Of a stretch of DNA of 64,000 nt, positions 38,781 through 50,579 are shown one piece after another. A model generated the notes under the pieces. It was not told where the DNA came from, made no database searches, and saw only the letters and a list, made by a program, of their open reading frames with translations. How positions within the stretch are numbered: position 1 is the stretch's first letter; each line of letters opens with the position of its first letter. Where the stretch lies: contig CM059431.1 in assembly GCA_030390025.1 (NCBI GenBank), positions 116,438,001 to 116,502,000 of the forward strand, given 5' to 3'. Position numbers and translations under genes: made by a program. Origin of the DNA: Squalus acanthias (taxonomy: Eukaryota).

Positions 38781-39191
38781 CAACAAAAAGAAAATACTGC
38801 AGATGCTGGAAATCTGAAATAAAAACAGAAAATGCTGGAGATACTCAGCAGGTCAGGCAGCATCTGTGAAGAGAGAAACAGAGTTAACATTTCAGGTCGA
38901 TGACCTTTCGTCAGAACTGGAAAAAAGCAGGAAATGGAACAGATTTTTAAGCAAGTGTAGGAGCTGGGAAAGGGGGGAGGGGATGAAAGAACAAAAGGGA
39001 AGGTCTGTGATAGGATAGAAGGCAGGAGAGGTTAAGAGACATTAAGAGACATAAAGAGATATTCAAGGCAAAAGGAGATGGTAATGGGACAGGTTAAGAA
39101 ACAAAAGATGGCTCTAGATGAAGTGTAAATTGTGCTGGCAGAATGAAAGACAGCTGCCATGTGGGAGAGAAGAAAAGAAAACACAAAAAAA
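38781..39191. mobile_element. Penelope-like element terminal (pLTR) fragment
   Basis: aaatactgcagatgctggaaatctgaaataaaaacagaaaatgctgg...; flanked by cat(c/t)ctgttctt at 38769-38780 and 39192-39203; carries a hammerhead motif. Confidence 0.7.
38882..38918 (-). ncRNA. Minimal type-I hammerhead ribozyme motif
   Basis: Minus strand: AGUU-CUGACGA-A-AGGUC-AUC-GACCU-GAAA-UGUU-AACU; core boxes, 5-bp stem II, 4-bp stem I, loop-less stem III. Confidence 0.75.
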
Positions 39192-39519
39192 CATTCTGTT
39201 CTTGTTTCCTGGATACTGGATTAGGTATATGGCTGCACTTGCTTTGTCCACAATGGGAAATGGTCCTTTCCCTTTCAGTACAAATGCATGTGCCTTTGTT
39301 CCATAGTCCAGTACCATTACCGTGTCTCCAATTTCATACTCAAATGATCAAAATATTTCTTAATCTGCTTTTTTGAATAGCCTAATTCTTTTGTCACAAA
39401 TTCATTTGAGTTCTGTTCATGCTCAATTATTTTTGTCAACCATACTCATCCTACTGTTCCCTGCTTGGTGAGAGTTATCGATGCTTGTAGCACTAATAGG
39501 CCACTAACAGGTCCAGGTG

Positions 39520-39725
39520 GTTATGTTCATGCCCGGGTGTCCCTGGAGATGGAGCAGGCGGTGTCCGTCGGTATGCTTGAGGCCTTCCATGAACGGAGGG
39601 ACTGGAGTGCGTCATCACCTCGAGAAACAAAATTTTGATTTGATTTGTTAAGTTTCATTTAAATTTGGTAATATTTGTGGTTTATTGGCTGTGCCCTGTT
39701 AAAAAGGGGACACTTGTTTACTGTC
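39520..39725 (+). mobile_element. Tx1-like LINE 3' fragment inserted in the integrase
   Basis: YVHARVSLEMEQAVSVGMLEAFHER resembles a Tx1 ORF2 C-terminus and is followed by a T-rich UTR; it interrupts the minus-strand integrase. Confidence 0.5.
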
Positions 39726-40749
39726 TTTTTGGTGATGGCACCAGCCATCAATCACTGAATTTCAACATAAAAGGTGTAGCACTACAGGCATCCTGGGGTC
39801 CTCATTAAGCTTCTTGTCATTGCTTGATAAGAAGACATTTTCGTGGTGCTGTGGGGTGTTGCTATAATTACCATTAAGTACATGGGTAACAGTTTGCCAT
39901 TTGGTCAAGTTTTCTGAATGAAACATTTTTAGTATTGTTTTCAAAGTCAGATTCCCTCTCTCCACTATCCCTGCAGATTGTGGATGATAATTTTTGAGTT
40001 ATGCCCATGGCTTTTTGTACATCTTTAAAAATTTGTCTGGTAAAATGCGTCCCCTGATTGCTATCAATCTGTGCCGGTATTCCCTGCCTTGACATCACCT
40101 CAGAGTAGAAAACGTGCTGCGGTGATGACACGGGAAAGCCTCCATCTATTTTGTAAATTTGTTGATGATAACTAAACAATACTGGTACCCCAACCCAGAT
40201 TTAGGGAGGGGGCCAATAAAGTCAATCTGGATGTGAGACCAGGGATCGTCCAGCAAAGATGCAGATTTCAGAAAAGCTCTGTTTGTTAGTATCATAGAAG
40301 GGATACTTTGCAAGCATGGTAAGCGTGCTTGGCATAACTGAGCAATATCCCGCGTCATGTCAGGCCACCCTACCACATGGGGAATCTTATCCATGTTAGC
40401 AGAGACAGAGTAATGTCCCCTTATGTGGTACGAGTGGAATAGGAGGAAAAATATGCTTGCCCACTCCGGCGGCCATCAACACCTGACCCTGGTCTTGATC
40501 GTCTAATTCAGGATGCTGAGCCGCAAAAATTTAACATCCTCTGCATAGCATGCGTGGATTTAGAAGCCGTATCAATGGCTCCCAATTCCGCTGCTGGTTC
40601 CCTGGCCTCATCACCATTGAGGAGTCTGATGTGTTCTGAATATCCTGTTCTAACTGGCAGAACTGCTTTGTTATAATAGTCTGTGTGGGTTAATACTGTC
40701 ACTGGTCAGGCATTCTCTATCAGGGGTGCAGATGGTTAGACAGAATAGG

Positions 40750-41440
40750 GGCTCCCCGATGCTTGGTATATGGGTGACTCATCCTCACCATGCTAATGAG
40801 CCGCCTCGTACTCCAGAAAGTCCAAATCTATGTCATTGCCCTCAACACCTAGCCAGGTCATCAAACTTTCTGCTACCCATCGAGTGTGGTTAGTCCTCAA
40901 TTTTTCCTTATCTAATTCCCTTTTACAGGCGTGATGATTTTCTGCATTTGAGGGCGGCTTCTGTAAAGCGACTCTCGATGCGGCTCGCATATCTTTAAAA
41001 CTCTGGTGTTTACTGGCTAGTTCTTCACTCAGTTCCTTATTTTCTTGTTCAGTGACCGTGGTTCCAATGCACTGAGCAGCGGTCATTTCTAGCTGGCACT
41101 GCAACTCCGGTACTTCGACTTGCAACATATCACATCTGATTCCCCACTCTTTGGTCTCTCCTCTAGCCTGCCACAACGTTTTTCCTTTTCTGTCAGTTGT
41201 CCTTTCTGTTTCTCTGATCTTTCATCACAGACATGTGTGGCATATACCAACAGTCACCCAGCTAGTTTAACTTTTAGTTTCCCATCTGCTACTTCTTTAT
41301 TCACATATTTTCTTGCCATCCTATACGGCTGGCCTCCCTTTGTCATTATAGGAACCAGACTCTGTGATCCCTGATAGCTTTTTCTCAAAGTTCTTTAATA
41401 GCCTCATGGTCACTTTACTCTATTGGAGGACATTATGCTC
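40750..41440 (-). pseudogene. gag-like remnant with N-terminal coiled coil
   Basis: KGGQPYRMARKY...KLAG*LLVYA; LQVEVPELQCQLE...ENKELSEELASKHQSFKDMRAASRVALQ...NHHACKRELDKEK; lies upstream of the integrase. Confidence 0.5.
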
Positions 41441-42049
41441 TCTCCCTGCATTTCTTAAATACAGTCCTTCCGGCTTTTTTTAACCTCCTTTTGTTTTTAC
41501 ACAATTCGCAAAACCCGGCAGCTACAGCAAGGCGGGGATTGCTGCATCCAGGAGGTAAGTGCCTTTATACCTACCTCCTGGATCCAGGGTCCCTGCCTAA
41601 CCCACCCCCTGAGGCCTCCGCTCAACCCCACCCCCCTCCCCTGGCCACCAATCATCCCACCCCACAGGTCTCCATTGCCTCCATGAGGCCTCCCACCCCC
41701 GCTCCTTCGGCCTTCCCCATGCTGCTCCCGGCCCGTGATCGTCTGAAGATCCCCCCAACCCGTGCTCCTCCTGGCCCGCAATCGTCTGAAGATCCCCCCA
41801 GCTCCACCTGGCCCGCGATCATCCTCGGACCTCCCCCTTGTGCTTCTCTGGCAGGCCCCCGGCCCCCACGGAATCCCTCCCTCCCTCCTCTCTGTGGCCT
41901 AGTGCCGCAGGCCTACCCGCCCGCAGCCAGCCAGCCTCTCAATCTGGCTGGCTGTGAGTCAGAAACCGAGGCCTCGCGTGCAAATCAGGCCCTGCCTTGG
42001 AGCCCCCCCACCCCCAACCCACCCTTCTCCTTAAAATCCAGCCCATGGA

Positions 42050-43281
42050 GTTAATAAACAAAATCTATGAATAATTTGAGGAGGGAAAAGGTAAGTACAA
42101 TGTGAGTGAGCTGAGGCATTAAATAAGGCAATAAAAATGAGTGGAAAAAGCAAGTCAGAAATAATAAGCAGAAAAATGGGTGAAAAGGAGGAAAAAATGA
42201 ACAAAATAGATAGAAAAATGAGCAAGATGAAAGAGAAAAATATGGAGAGGACAAACTAAAGAGCAAGGGTTGGAACTGAGCAGCAAAAAGGTATAAATGC
42301 AAAGTCAGAGATTAACCTAAAAAACAGGTGGGTTAGGAGCATGAGGGTAGTTAACTTGTTAAAAATCAGAATCCCGATTACAACGATAAGTAGAATTAAG
42401 ATGAGAAGAGGGATAAAATAGTAAAATTGAAACAGAAAAGCAGTTCAGGACAGTAAAAGGTAAATAGAAAATGAGAGATGAGTTAAATAGGGAAATTAAT
42501 AAAATGAGAGATGAGAGGAAAAAGTAAGTAAGAAATAAGAAGCAGAAAAAGAGATGAGAATGTGAGAAAAAGTAACCAGTACAAGGAAACGAAGAATTAA
42601 GAGAATGAAGACAGATAAAATAGTAAAATTGAAACAGAAAAGCCGACCAGGATAGCAAAAGTTCAGTAGAAAAGGAGAGCGATGAGAAAGGGTTAAATGG
42701 GGAAACAGAAAAATGGGAAAGGAGCAGAGTAAAAATATAAGTTATAATTGAGAAAAATAAGAAAGAAATGTTACAGAAGAATGAGTAAAATGAAAAGGAG
42801 AGATTATTTAGAGAGGACAAGAGAATTGAGGAGAGGAAAGGTGTAAATACAAAATGAGAGATGAGGAGAGAACAGGTTAAAGAAAGAAAGGCTTGCATTT
42901 ATATAGCAGCTTTCAGGATGTCCCAAAGCACATTAAAGTCAATGAAGTACTTTTGAAGTGCAGTCACTGTTGTAATGTGGCAGCCAATTTGTGCACAGCA
43001 AGTTCCCACAATATGTGATAATGACCAGATCATCTGTCTTTGTTATGTTGATTAATAGATAAATATTGGCCAGGACACCAGGGATAACTCCCCTGCTCTT
43101 CTTCGAAATAGTGCCATGGGATCATTTACGTCCACCTGAGAGAGAAGACAGGGCCTCAGTTTAATGTCTTATCTGAAAGACAGCACCTCCGACAGTGCAG
43201 CACTCCCTCAGCACTGCACTGGAGTGTCAGCCTGGATTTTTGTGCTCAAGTCTGTGGAGTGGAACTCTGAACCCACAGTCT

Positions 43282-43319
<38 letters not shown>

Positions 43320-43790
43320 GCTGACACTTAAGTATAAAAAGAGAGAGATGCAAAGTTAAATAGGGAAATAAAAAAATGACAGATGAGGAGAGGAAAAGAT
43401 AATTAAAAAATAATGAGCCGAGAAAGGTATGAGATGGAGAGAAGCAAGTAACCAATATAAAGATCAGTATAACTAAGATGAGAGGATGGACAAAATAGTA
43501 AAATTGAAACATAAAAATCAGTTCAGGAAAGTTAAAGCTAAGTAGAAAATGAGAGATGTGGAATTTAATAGAGATATAAAACATGAGATGAGTAGGGAAA
43601 GGGTAAGTATGAAATAATAAGTAAGCAATTAGGAAAGAAGCAAATTAGAAATAAATAAATTATAAAAATGAGAGACACGAGGAGGAAAGTTAATTAACTA
43701 TGAGGCGGAAAGAAAGGGGAAAAGAAGAATAGAAAAATGACACATGTGGAGGCCAAAAATGCAAATAGAAAAAGAGGACAAGAGAACAAC
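42050..43790. repeat. Purine-rich degenerate repeat tract
   Basis: A/G-biased; aaatagtaaaattgaaaca recurs at ~42416, ~42617 and ~43493. Confidence 0.7.
42882..43327 (-). mobile_element. Deu-domain SINE, intact copy
   Basis: Reverse complement is colinear with 459-586 plus 886-1229. Confidence 0.8.
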
Positions 43791-45090
43791 AACAAATTAC
43801 ATTTATATAGTGGCCCAAAAATTAGTGCCGCTACGCGAGAGTACGCACTGCGTACTCTCGCGTATTCTGTCTCCAATTGCCGGTTTTCTGCACTGCGCAT
43901 GCGCTGAAAACCGGCACTTGGTGAATTCAAAAGGGGGCGGTTCCTAGGTGAACCGCGTGCGCGCTACAGGCTGCGCGCACGCAGTGCACTTAGTGCTTTG
44001 AACGCGCAGGTAAGCATGGAACATTTTAGACATAAAGAAAGGAGGCGTAAGACCCTCTTTTAACAAGGTAAGTAGTTAATTAAGTATTATTTTGAATTTT
44101 TAACAGGTATATCTTTTTTAGAGACTTTAAAGACAGGTAAGTTTATTTTTATAACTTTTTAAAAGATTTTAAATTTTTTCAAAAATTTAATTTTTTGTTT
44201 AAAATGGTTAATTTATTTAACTATACTTATTTTATTAATGTGATGGTTTTTTTTAAAAATTTAATTGAGGTTTAGCTGTTCTTTTGGGGGGGTATAGATT
44301 CATAGCTTTCACAGCACTTATGTGAAAGCGATGAATGAAAGATGGCGTGCTGCCATTGGCTCTAACTGAGTCACGTGATCCCACAGCTCGCACGAATTAA
44401 CTATGCCTGTGGGATACGGAAGCCCTGCACAGCTGCTGTCCAGAACATCAAGTTCGTGCGAGCTCAGACTGAAAAAGCCAGCGCGCAGTGAGAGATCGCG
44501 GGGAAGCTTTGCCCTCGCACGAAGGCTCCCTCACGAATTTTTGGGCCAGTGTCTTTAAAGTAGCAAAACATCCCAAGGCGCTTCAAGAGTGTTATTAATC
44601 AAAATTTGCCACCAGGCCACAGAAGGAGATATCAGGACAGGTGACCAAAAGCTTGGTCAAAGAGGTAGGTTTTAAGGAGCGTCTTAAAGGAAGAGAGAGA
44701 GGTAGAGAGGTTTAGGAAGGGAAGTAAAGAGCTTAGGGCCTAGGCAGATGAAAGGATGGCCACCATTGTTTGAGCGATTAATATCAGGGATGCACAAGAG
44801 GCCAGTATTGGAGGAGTGCAGAGATCTTGAAGGCTTGTAGGGTTGGAAGAGGTTACAGAGATAGGGAGGGGTGAGTCCATGGACGGATTTGAAAACAAGG
44901 ATGAGACCTTTAAAATTGAGGCATTGCCGGACTGGGAGCTAATGTAGGTCAGTAAGCACAGGAGTGCTGGGTGAATGGAACTTGGTGCGATATAAGATAC
45001 TGGCAGCAGAGTTTGGATGCGCTCAAATCTATGTAGGGTGGAAGATGGGAGGTTGGCCAAGAGAGCATTAGAATAGTCAAGTCTAGAGCT
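43783..45090 (-). mobile_element. L2 LINE 3' fragment
   Basis: Reverse complement matches 1810-2243 and continues to the tail ctatataaatgtaatttgttgttgtt. Confidence 0.8.
43812..44547. mobile_element. Harbinger-like MITE in the L2 tail
   Basis: TIRs ggcccaaaaattagtg / cacgaatttttgggcc (1 mismatch); exact TSD AGT. Confidence 0.85.
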
Positions 45091-45920
45091 AATGGAACAG
45101 ACTGCTTCTGATTGGAGTCAAAGAGCTAGGTGACACTTTCAGGCCTGTATGGGGGTTGGGGGGAGGGGAGGTGATGCCATGTGAACCAGGCAGCTCCTGC
45201 AGGGCACTGAGTTCAAAGGGACGATGAACCCAAGGTATTTTCCTCCTCCCATGATCCCCCTGCCCTGCCCTCTCCCTGACCTGATCCCTCTCCCCATTTT
45301 AGATGCTGTCATATTACATATGTTAAAATATGAGGACATTCACTGTATTTCCCACTCCATAAACAAACCCAACAATGTGGGATCTTAAACATTTTTGGTG
45401 TTACATTTCATACTTCATGTACAGATTGCGGACTTGGGAAATGCTTCCCTATAAAAATCTGTTTCATGTAACAATTAAAATGTTTTTATTTACCTGCTTG
45501 TCGTTTGATGTTTTCATTTTAAAATGTTATCTTGAGTGAGTGTGACTGAGTGATCCGATTGGTCCATGCAATATGAGATCAACATTGATGTCTCAAGGCT
45601 GCTTCCCCTATTTTGCTGAGGGAGGTTTTCAACAAGCGTTAATTTAGAAAGTGATGTCCATCTGGACATTGTGTTCTGCCCAAGGGCAGGTCCTAACTCA
45701 AGTCTCACACACAAGATTCTTGAGCCACTTACTAGGGAAGAGTAATGAGGTGGCTTCCTGTTGATTTCCTCATGGGTTTCTATCTTCTGCTAGGTGGGCC
45801 GCAACCAAGGCTAAAGAGCCCCAACTATCAATTATGATGGGGGGCTATCTGCACCCATCGGACGCAAGTACCCCCACCAGACATCAATCCAGTGCTCAGA
45901 GCTAGTGCTCCACTCTGCTT

Positions 45921-47446
45921 TGGCTGGGGAATCTAGAACACGGGTCACAGTCTAAGAATAAAGGGTCATAGAAACATAGAAACATAGATAGGAGCAGGAG
46001 TAGGCCATTCGGCCCCTCGAGCCTGTTCCGCCATTTAATGAGATCATGGCTGATCATCCAAATTCAGTACCCTGTCCCTGCTTTCTCCCCATATCCCTTG
46101 ATCCCTTTAGCCTTTAGAAATATATCTAACTCCTTCTTGAATATATTTAATGAATTGGTCTCAACTGCCTTGTGTGGTAGAGAATTCCACAGGTTCACCA
46201 CTCTCTGGGTGAAGAAATTCCTCCTCATCTCAGTCCTAAATGGCTTACCCCTTATCCTTAGACTGTGACCCCAGGTTCTGGACTCCCCCGCCATCGGGAA
46301 CATCCTTCCTGCATCTAGTCTGTCTAGTCCTGTTAGAATTTTATAAGTTTCAGTGAGATCCCCTCATTCTTCTAAACTGTAGCGAATATAAGCCTAATCG
46401 ATCCAATCTCTCCTCATACGTCATTCCTGCCATCCCAGGTATCAGTCTGGTGAATCTTCGCTGCACTCTCTCCATGGCAAGAACATCCTTCCTCAGATAA
46501 GGTGACCAAAACTGCACATAATACTCAAGGTGTGGTCTCACCAAGGCACTGTACAACTGCAGCAAGACATCCTTGCTCCTGTACTCGAATCCTCTCGCTA
46601 TGAAGGCCAACATACCATTTGCCTTCTTAACCGCCTGCGGCACTTGCATGCTTACCTTCAGCGACTGGTGCACAAGGACACCCAGGTCTCGTTGCACTTC
46701 CCCTTTTCCCAATCTATTGCCGTTCAGATAATAATCTGCCTTCCTGTTTTTGCAACCGAAGTGGATAACCTCGCATTTATCCACATTATACTGCATTTGC
46801 CATGCATCTGCCCAATCACCCAACCTGTCCAAATCATACTGGAGTTTCTCTGCCTCCTCCTCACAGCACACACACCCACCCAGCTTTGTGTCGTCTGCAA
46901 ACTTGGAGATATTACATCTAGTTCCCTTGTCTAGATCATTTATATATATATATATATTGTGAATAGCTGGGGACCTAGCACCGATCCCTGCGGTACCCCA
47001 CTAGTCACGGCCTGCCACTCGGAAAAAGTTCCGTTTATTCCAACTCTTTGCTTCCTGTCTGCCAACCAGTTCTCTATCCAAGACAGTACCTTACCCCCAA
47101 TCCCGTGTGCTTTAACTTTGCACGCTAATCTCTTATGCGGGACCTTCTCGAAAGCCTTCTGAAAGTCCAAATACACCACATCCATTTAGGACTGAGATGA
47201 GGAGAAATTTCTTTACTCAAAGGGTGGTGAATCTTTGGAATTCTCTACCCCAGAGAGCTGTGGTTGCTCAGTCGTTGAGTATATTCAAGACAGAGGTTGA
47301 AATTTTTTTGGGAACTAGGGAAATTAAGGGATATAGGGATAGTGCGGGAAGGTGGAGTTGAGGTAGAAGATCAGCCATGATCTTGTTGAATGGCGGAGCA
47401 GGCTCGAAGGGCCAAATGGCCTACTCCAGCTCCTATTTCTTATGTT
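45921..47446 (+). mobile_element. CR1 3' fragment split by an antisense CR1
   Basis: ...ctaagaataaagggtcat [insert] catttaggactgagatgagg... followed by the tail. Confidence 0.75.
45967..47185 (-). mobile_element. Young 5'-truncated CR1
   Basis: [11 protein letters not shown]...[10 protein letters not shown]...GYGEKAGTGY; a (TA)n expansion at ~46941 and a frameshift at ~46360. Confidence 0.92.
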
Positions 47447-47896
47447 CGCTCTGGGGCTGTCTGGAGTGGGGCACAAACCCACCCATCTGACTGAGGCAGG
47501 AATATCACCACTGAGCCAATGGTCACTCCATCCGTATGCGAGTACCCCATTGGATGTCAACCCAGTATTTAGAGACCATATTCTAGTCTCCACTTGCTAG
47601 GGCTGTCTAGAGTGGGGCCCGAACTCTTCACCTGCTGACTCAGAGACAGGAATGGTGGCACTCAGTCAAAGACTCACTCCAGCAAGTGAAGTATAAAACA
47701 AATTTAACCACCAGAAAATCATCACACTTATTGGATCTTCTCACTATAGAAAGATTTCTGTTCACAATCAATTTCCACAAGCCAGGAAATTGCTACTGCT
47801 GCTATTCAAGGGCTAACAGTGGCTTCTGAAGGTTTTTACCTGATGAAATGATTTATCAATTTCCAGCTTTGAAGTTGCTTCAAGTTTCAGCTTTCA

Positions 47897-48036
47897 ACAG
47901 CACTGTGGGAGTACCTTCACCGCACTGCAGTGATTCATGAAGGCGGCTCACCACCACCTTCTCGAGGCCAATTAGGGATGGGCAATAAATGCTGGTCTCG
48001 TCAGCGATGCCCACATCCCGCGAATGAATAAATAAA
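47897..48036 (+). mobile_element. LINE 3' tail, same family as 55195-63660
   Basis: acagcactgtgggagtaccttcacc...ggcggctcaccaccaccttctc...gcccacatcccgcgaatgaataaa. Confidence 0.75.
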
Positions 48037-48377
48037 CTTTTAAAAAGTGCTTTAATGAGGACAATAAGCCAAAGCCTGTAAAATGTTTGACCTCCTAATT
48101 ATATTCGGTTTGCAGAGAGTCATTAAGAAAAATAATGATGGAGACTCAGGAGGGCGGCCTCTTTCTCATCTACCCACACTGATCACAAGATCCTTATGGA
48201 TGAGGAAGGCCATTCAGTCCATCTTAATTTATCTATCCAGAACAAACCTAGGCATTCCCCACCTTTTGCTCAACCAGGTTGTTTCCTAAATGATTCCAGG
48301 GTTTTCATCTCCACCGCTTTGCCTGCAATTCCATTCCAAGTGTTGATCATTCTCTTGCTCTCAGTCCTAAAGAGTTA

Positions 48378-49056
48378 GGGGGCGAAATTGGGTGCCTTTG
48401 CGACCAGGCGCAGTGCTGACATTGACTCCCGCCATATTCGGCAGAAGTTTTGCGGTGGCACTACGACGTTGCACCCCGATCTCATTCGCCCGGAGATCGT
48501 GACGTCCTCGCCGTGCGCATCGCCCCAGACCCGAAATTGATCTCTGCCCCCTGCAGCAGTGCCAGGCGAAAACACCGACAGCTGCAGGAGGCATGCAACG
48601 GGTGCCCGGCCACTTCGGGGGTGATGATTAACGGTGTGGTGGCCGAGGTAAGTAAAAAAAAAACTTACCTTTATTGTTCCGCTTTTTTTCACGGGTTCCT
48701 GTTTGAGTGCCGGGTTGATCATGCTGGATCGCGGCTCCCTTGGTGGTCCAGGTCGGTAATTTTTCTGTTGCAGAGCCTGCAGCGATGGCCCTTCCCTTTA
48801 AGGGAGGGAAGGAGCCTTTGAACGCGGCAGTGTTGCACGGCCCAGTGTGCAGCGCTGCTGAAGTCTCCGCCCCCCCCCCCCCCCGCTGCCGATTGCACTC
48901 CAAGAAGGAAGTGGAGCGCTTGATTTAGCTCTCCACTTCCTTCTCTGAGCGCTAAACCGAACTTTTTAAAAGTTTGGAAACATTAGCGCCTGGCGTTAAT
49001 TTTCCAAACTTTTAAAATTTAGAGCCCCAAACGGGGCTATAATGAATTTCTCCCTC
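48378..49056. mobile_element. Harbinger-like MITE
   Basis: Termini gggggcgaaatt / aatttctccctc; subterminal sequence resembles the ends of 2247-6416; TSD not clear. Confidence 0.65.
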
Positions 49057-49198
49057 AAAATTTTTATTAGTTTGACCCTGTGGTCCTTGTCTCTACTCCC
49101 ACAGCTTAATTTAAAATAGTATTTCACACAAGTTACTATCTTGTACATCTCTAAAAGATCATCTCTCAGATGCCGCCCTTCCAGGCTGAAAAGTCCAA

Positions 49199-50390
49199 GG
49201 GCTAAAAATTCAATAGCCTCCGAAAGCGGGCACGGGGATTGCGATCCGTGGTTAACCTGTGCCCATTCAAGATAATACAAAAAGAAAATACTGCAGATGC
49301 TGGAAATCTGAAATAAAAACAGAAAATGCTGGAGATACTCATGCCTGACCTGCTGAGTATCCCATTCAAGGTAATGCAGGCAGCACGCAAACTTGGTGCT
49401 GCCTGCTAATTTAAATGATAGTGGCATGTAGCCCAGTACTAAATGCACTGCTGAGTGGCTGCATGCTCAGCAGGGGGCCCAAGTTTGTGAGCGGCTAGCA
49501 CCAATTAAAGCTAGCCTGCACTTCTTAAAGCCAGCTGCACCTCTTAATGGGGAGGTGCAGTTTGATGAGACCAGGCACTGCAAGTCATTCCAGAAGGCAG
49601 TTTCAACTGGGAAACATTCAGCAATGGCACAACAGGCCAGAGAGAGGGCTCCAAGGTTCTCAGATACAGCACTGGAGGCCTTAGTACAGGAAGTGGAGAG
49701 GAGGAGAGAGGTCCTGTTCCACAGGGGGCCAGGAGGCCCTCCAGACAGACACTGCGAAGGCAGTGAGAGCAGATAGCCACGGAGGTCAATGCCAGTAGTG
49801 TTGCCCCGAAGTACCTGGATGCAGTGCAGGAAGAAGTTTAATGACTTCACACGAGTGGCCAAGGTCAGTGAATTCATCTTCAAATGCCATATCCTACAAA
49901 CTGCACCACTAGCCTCACACACTGCTCAATTCACCACACACCCCATTACTCACCTACCAACAATGTCTATCAATCATGAATCAAAGCTCACATTCATATG
50001 CTCCATCTCACCCTCACACGCTTACCACTGCAGCAAGCCTCGCACTCACATCTCACAGCTTGCACACACTGCCAGCTATTCAACCATGACAGCCACATCA
50101 GCCAAACACATTGAACCACACTCACTGACACACTTCCCGCTCTCTTGCTGGTCAAGCTGGAAAACAGCTATAGGCAGCGGCCGCTAACCAGAGGGGGACA
50201 GGCGCGCCTCCAAAACCTGACCCCCCTCGAGCAGACAGTGCTCGGCATAATTGGAGTGGCTGTGACTGAGGCCGTGGCCAGCGGCAGCATTGAAACCATT
50301 GAACGTGACGGTCTGCTCGTACCTAATCCTCCTTCTCACATCCCACTTCCCCCTCATCCCACAATCTCTTGTGACTTACAGCTATGGTTA
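49199..50390 (+). mobile_element. Harbinger end with a Myb/SANT pseudogene (exon 1 49624-49863, exon 2 ~50151-50311)
   Basis: MAQQARERAPRFSDTALEALVQEVERRREVLF...WMQCRKKFNDFTRVAK|gtcagt; VKLENSYRQRPLTRGGQARLQNLTPLEQ. Confidence 0.8.
49280..49360. mobile_element. Minimal Penelope-like insertion with an inverted terminal piece
   Basis: Same sequence as ~38785-38846, then inverted tgcctgacctgctgagtat; flanked by cccattcaag(a/g)taat(a/g)ca. Confidence 0.7.
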
Positions 50391-50579
50391 AACATCATTG
50401 GGTGGAACTGAGTGCAGCCCACAGCTGGAGGGCATTGAATTACTGAGTCATTGAGGGGCCAAAAGGGGACAGAAAGATACTTGTAAAGGAAGAGTGTTTG
50501 TTTTGTTGTTCATCAGAATCTACTCCAATACCAATCAATGCCTTTTAATTTTACATTTCTGAAACATTTAAAAATACTA

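Larger units (their letters stand above)
38699..40480 (-). pseudogene. Retroviral-type integrase remnant
   Basis: WPDMTRDIAQLC...C, PWSHIQIDFIGPLPKSGLGYQYCLVIINKFTK*MEAFP, GIPAQIDSNQGTHFT, GIVERGNLTLK, KGPFPIVDK; C-terminus NRM|ETRWHHINQIK is split by the Penelope-like insert. Confidence 0.85.
36250..41440 (-). mobile_element. Decayed env-bearing retroelement (lokiretrovirus-like): gag, integrase, env; PR/RT/RH deleted; LTRs not identified
   Basis: Colinear minus-strand remnants: coiled-coil Gag, integrase (PWSHIQIDFIGPLP...), then an ORF with a furin site, a fusion-peptide-like stretch and heptads. Confidence 0.65.

Noticed and set aside
42031..43584. Hydrophobic 'membrane protein' ORFs
   Set aside because: Compositional artefact of the purine-rich tract; no motifs.
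45490..45714. Possible minus-strand coding exon ending cag|gtaaat
   Set aside because: All three frames have stops shortly before the donor; no recognisable protein.
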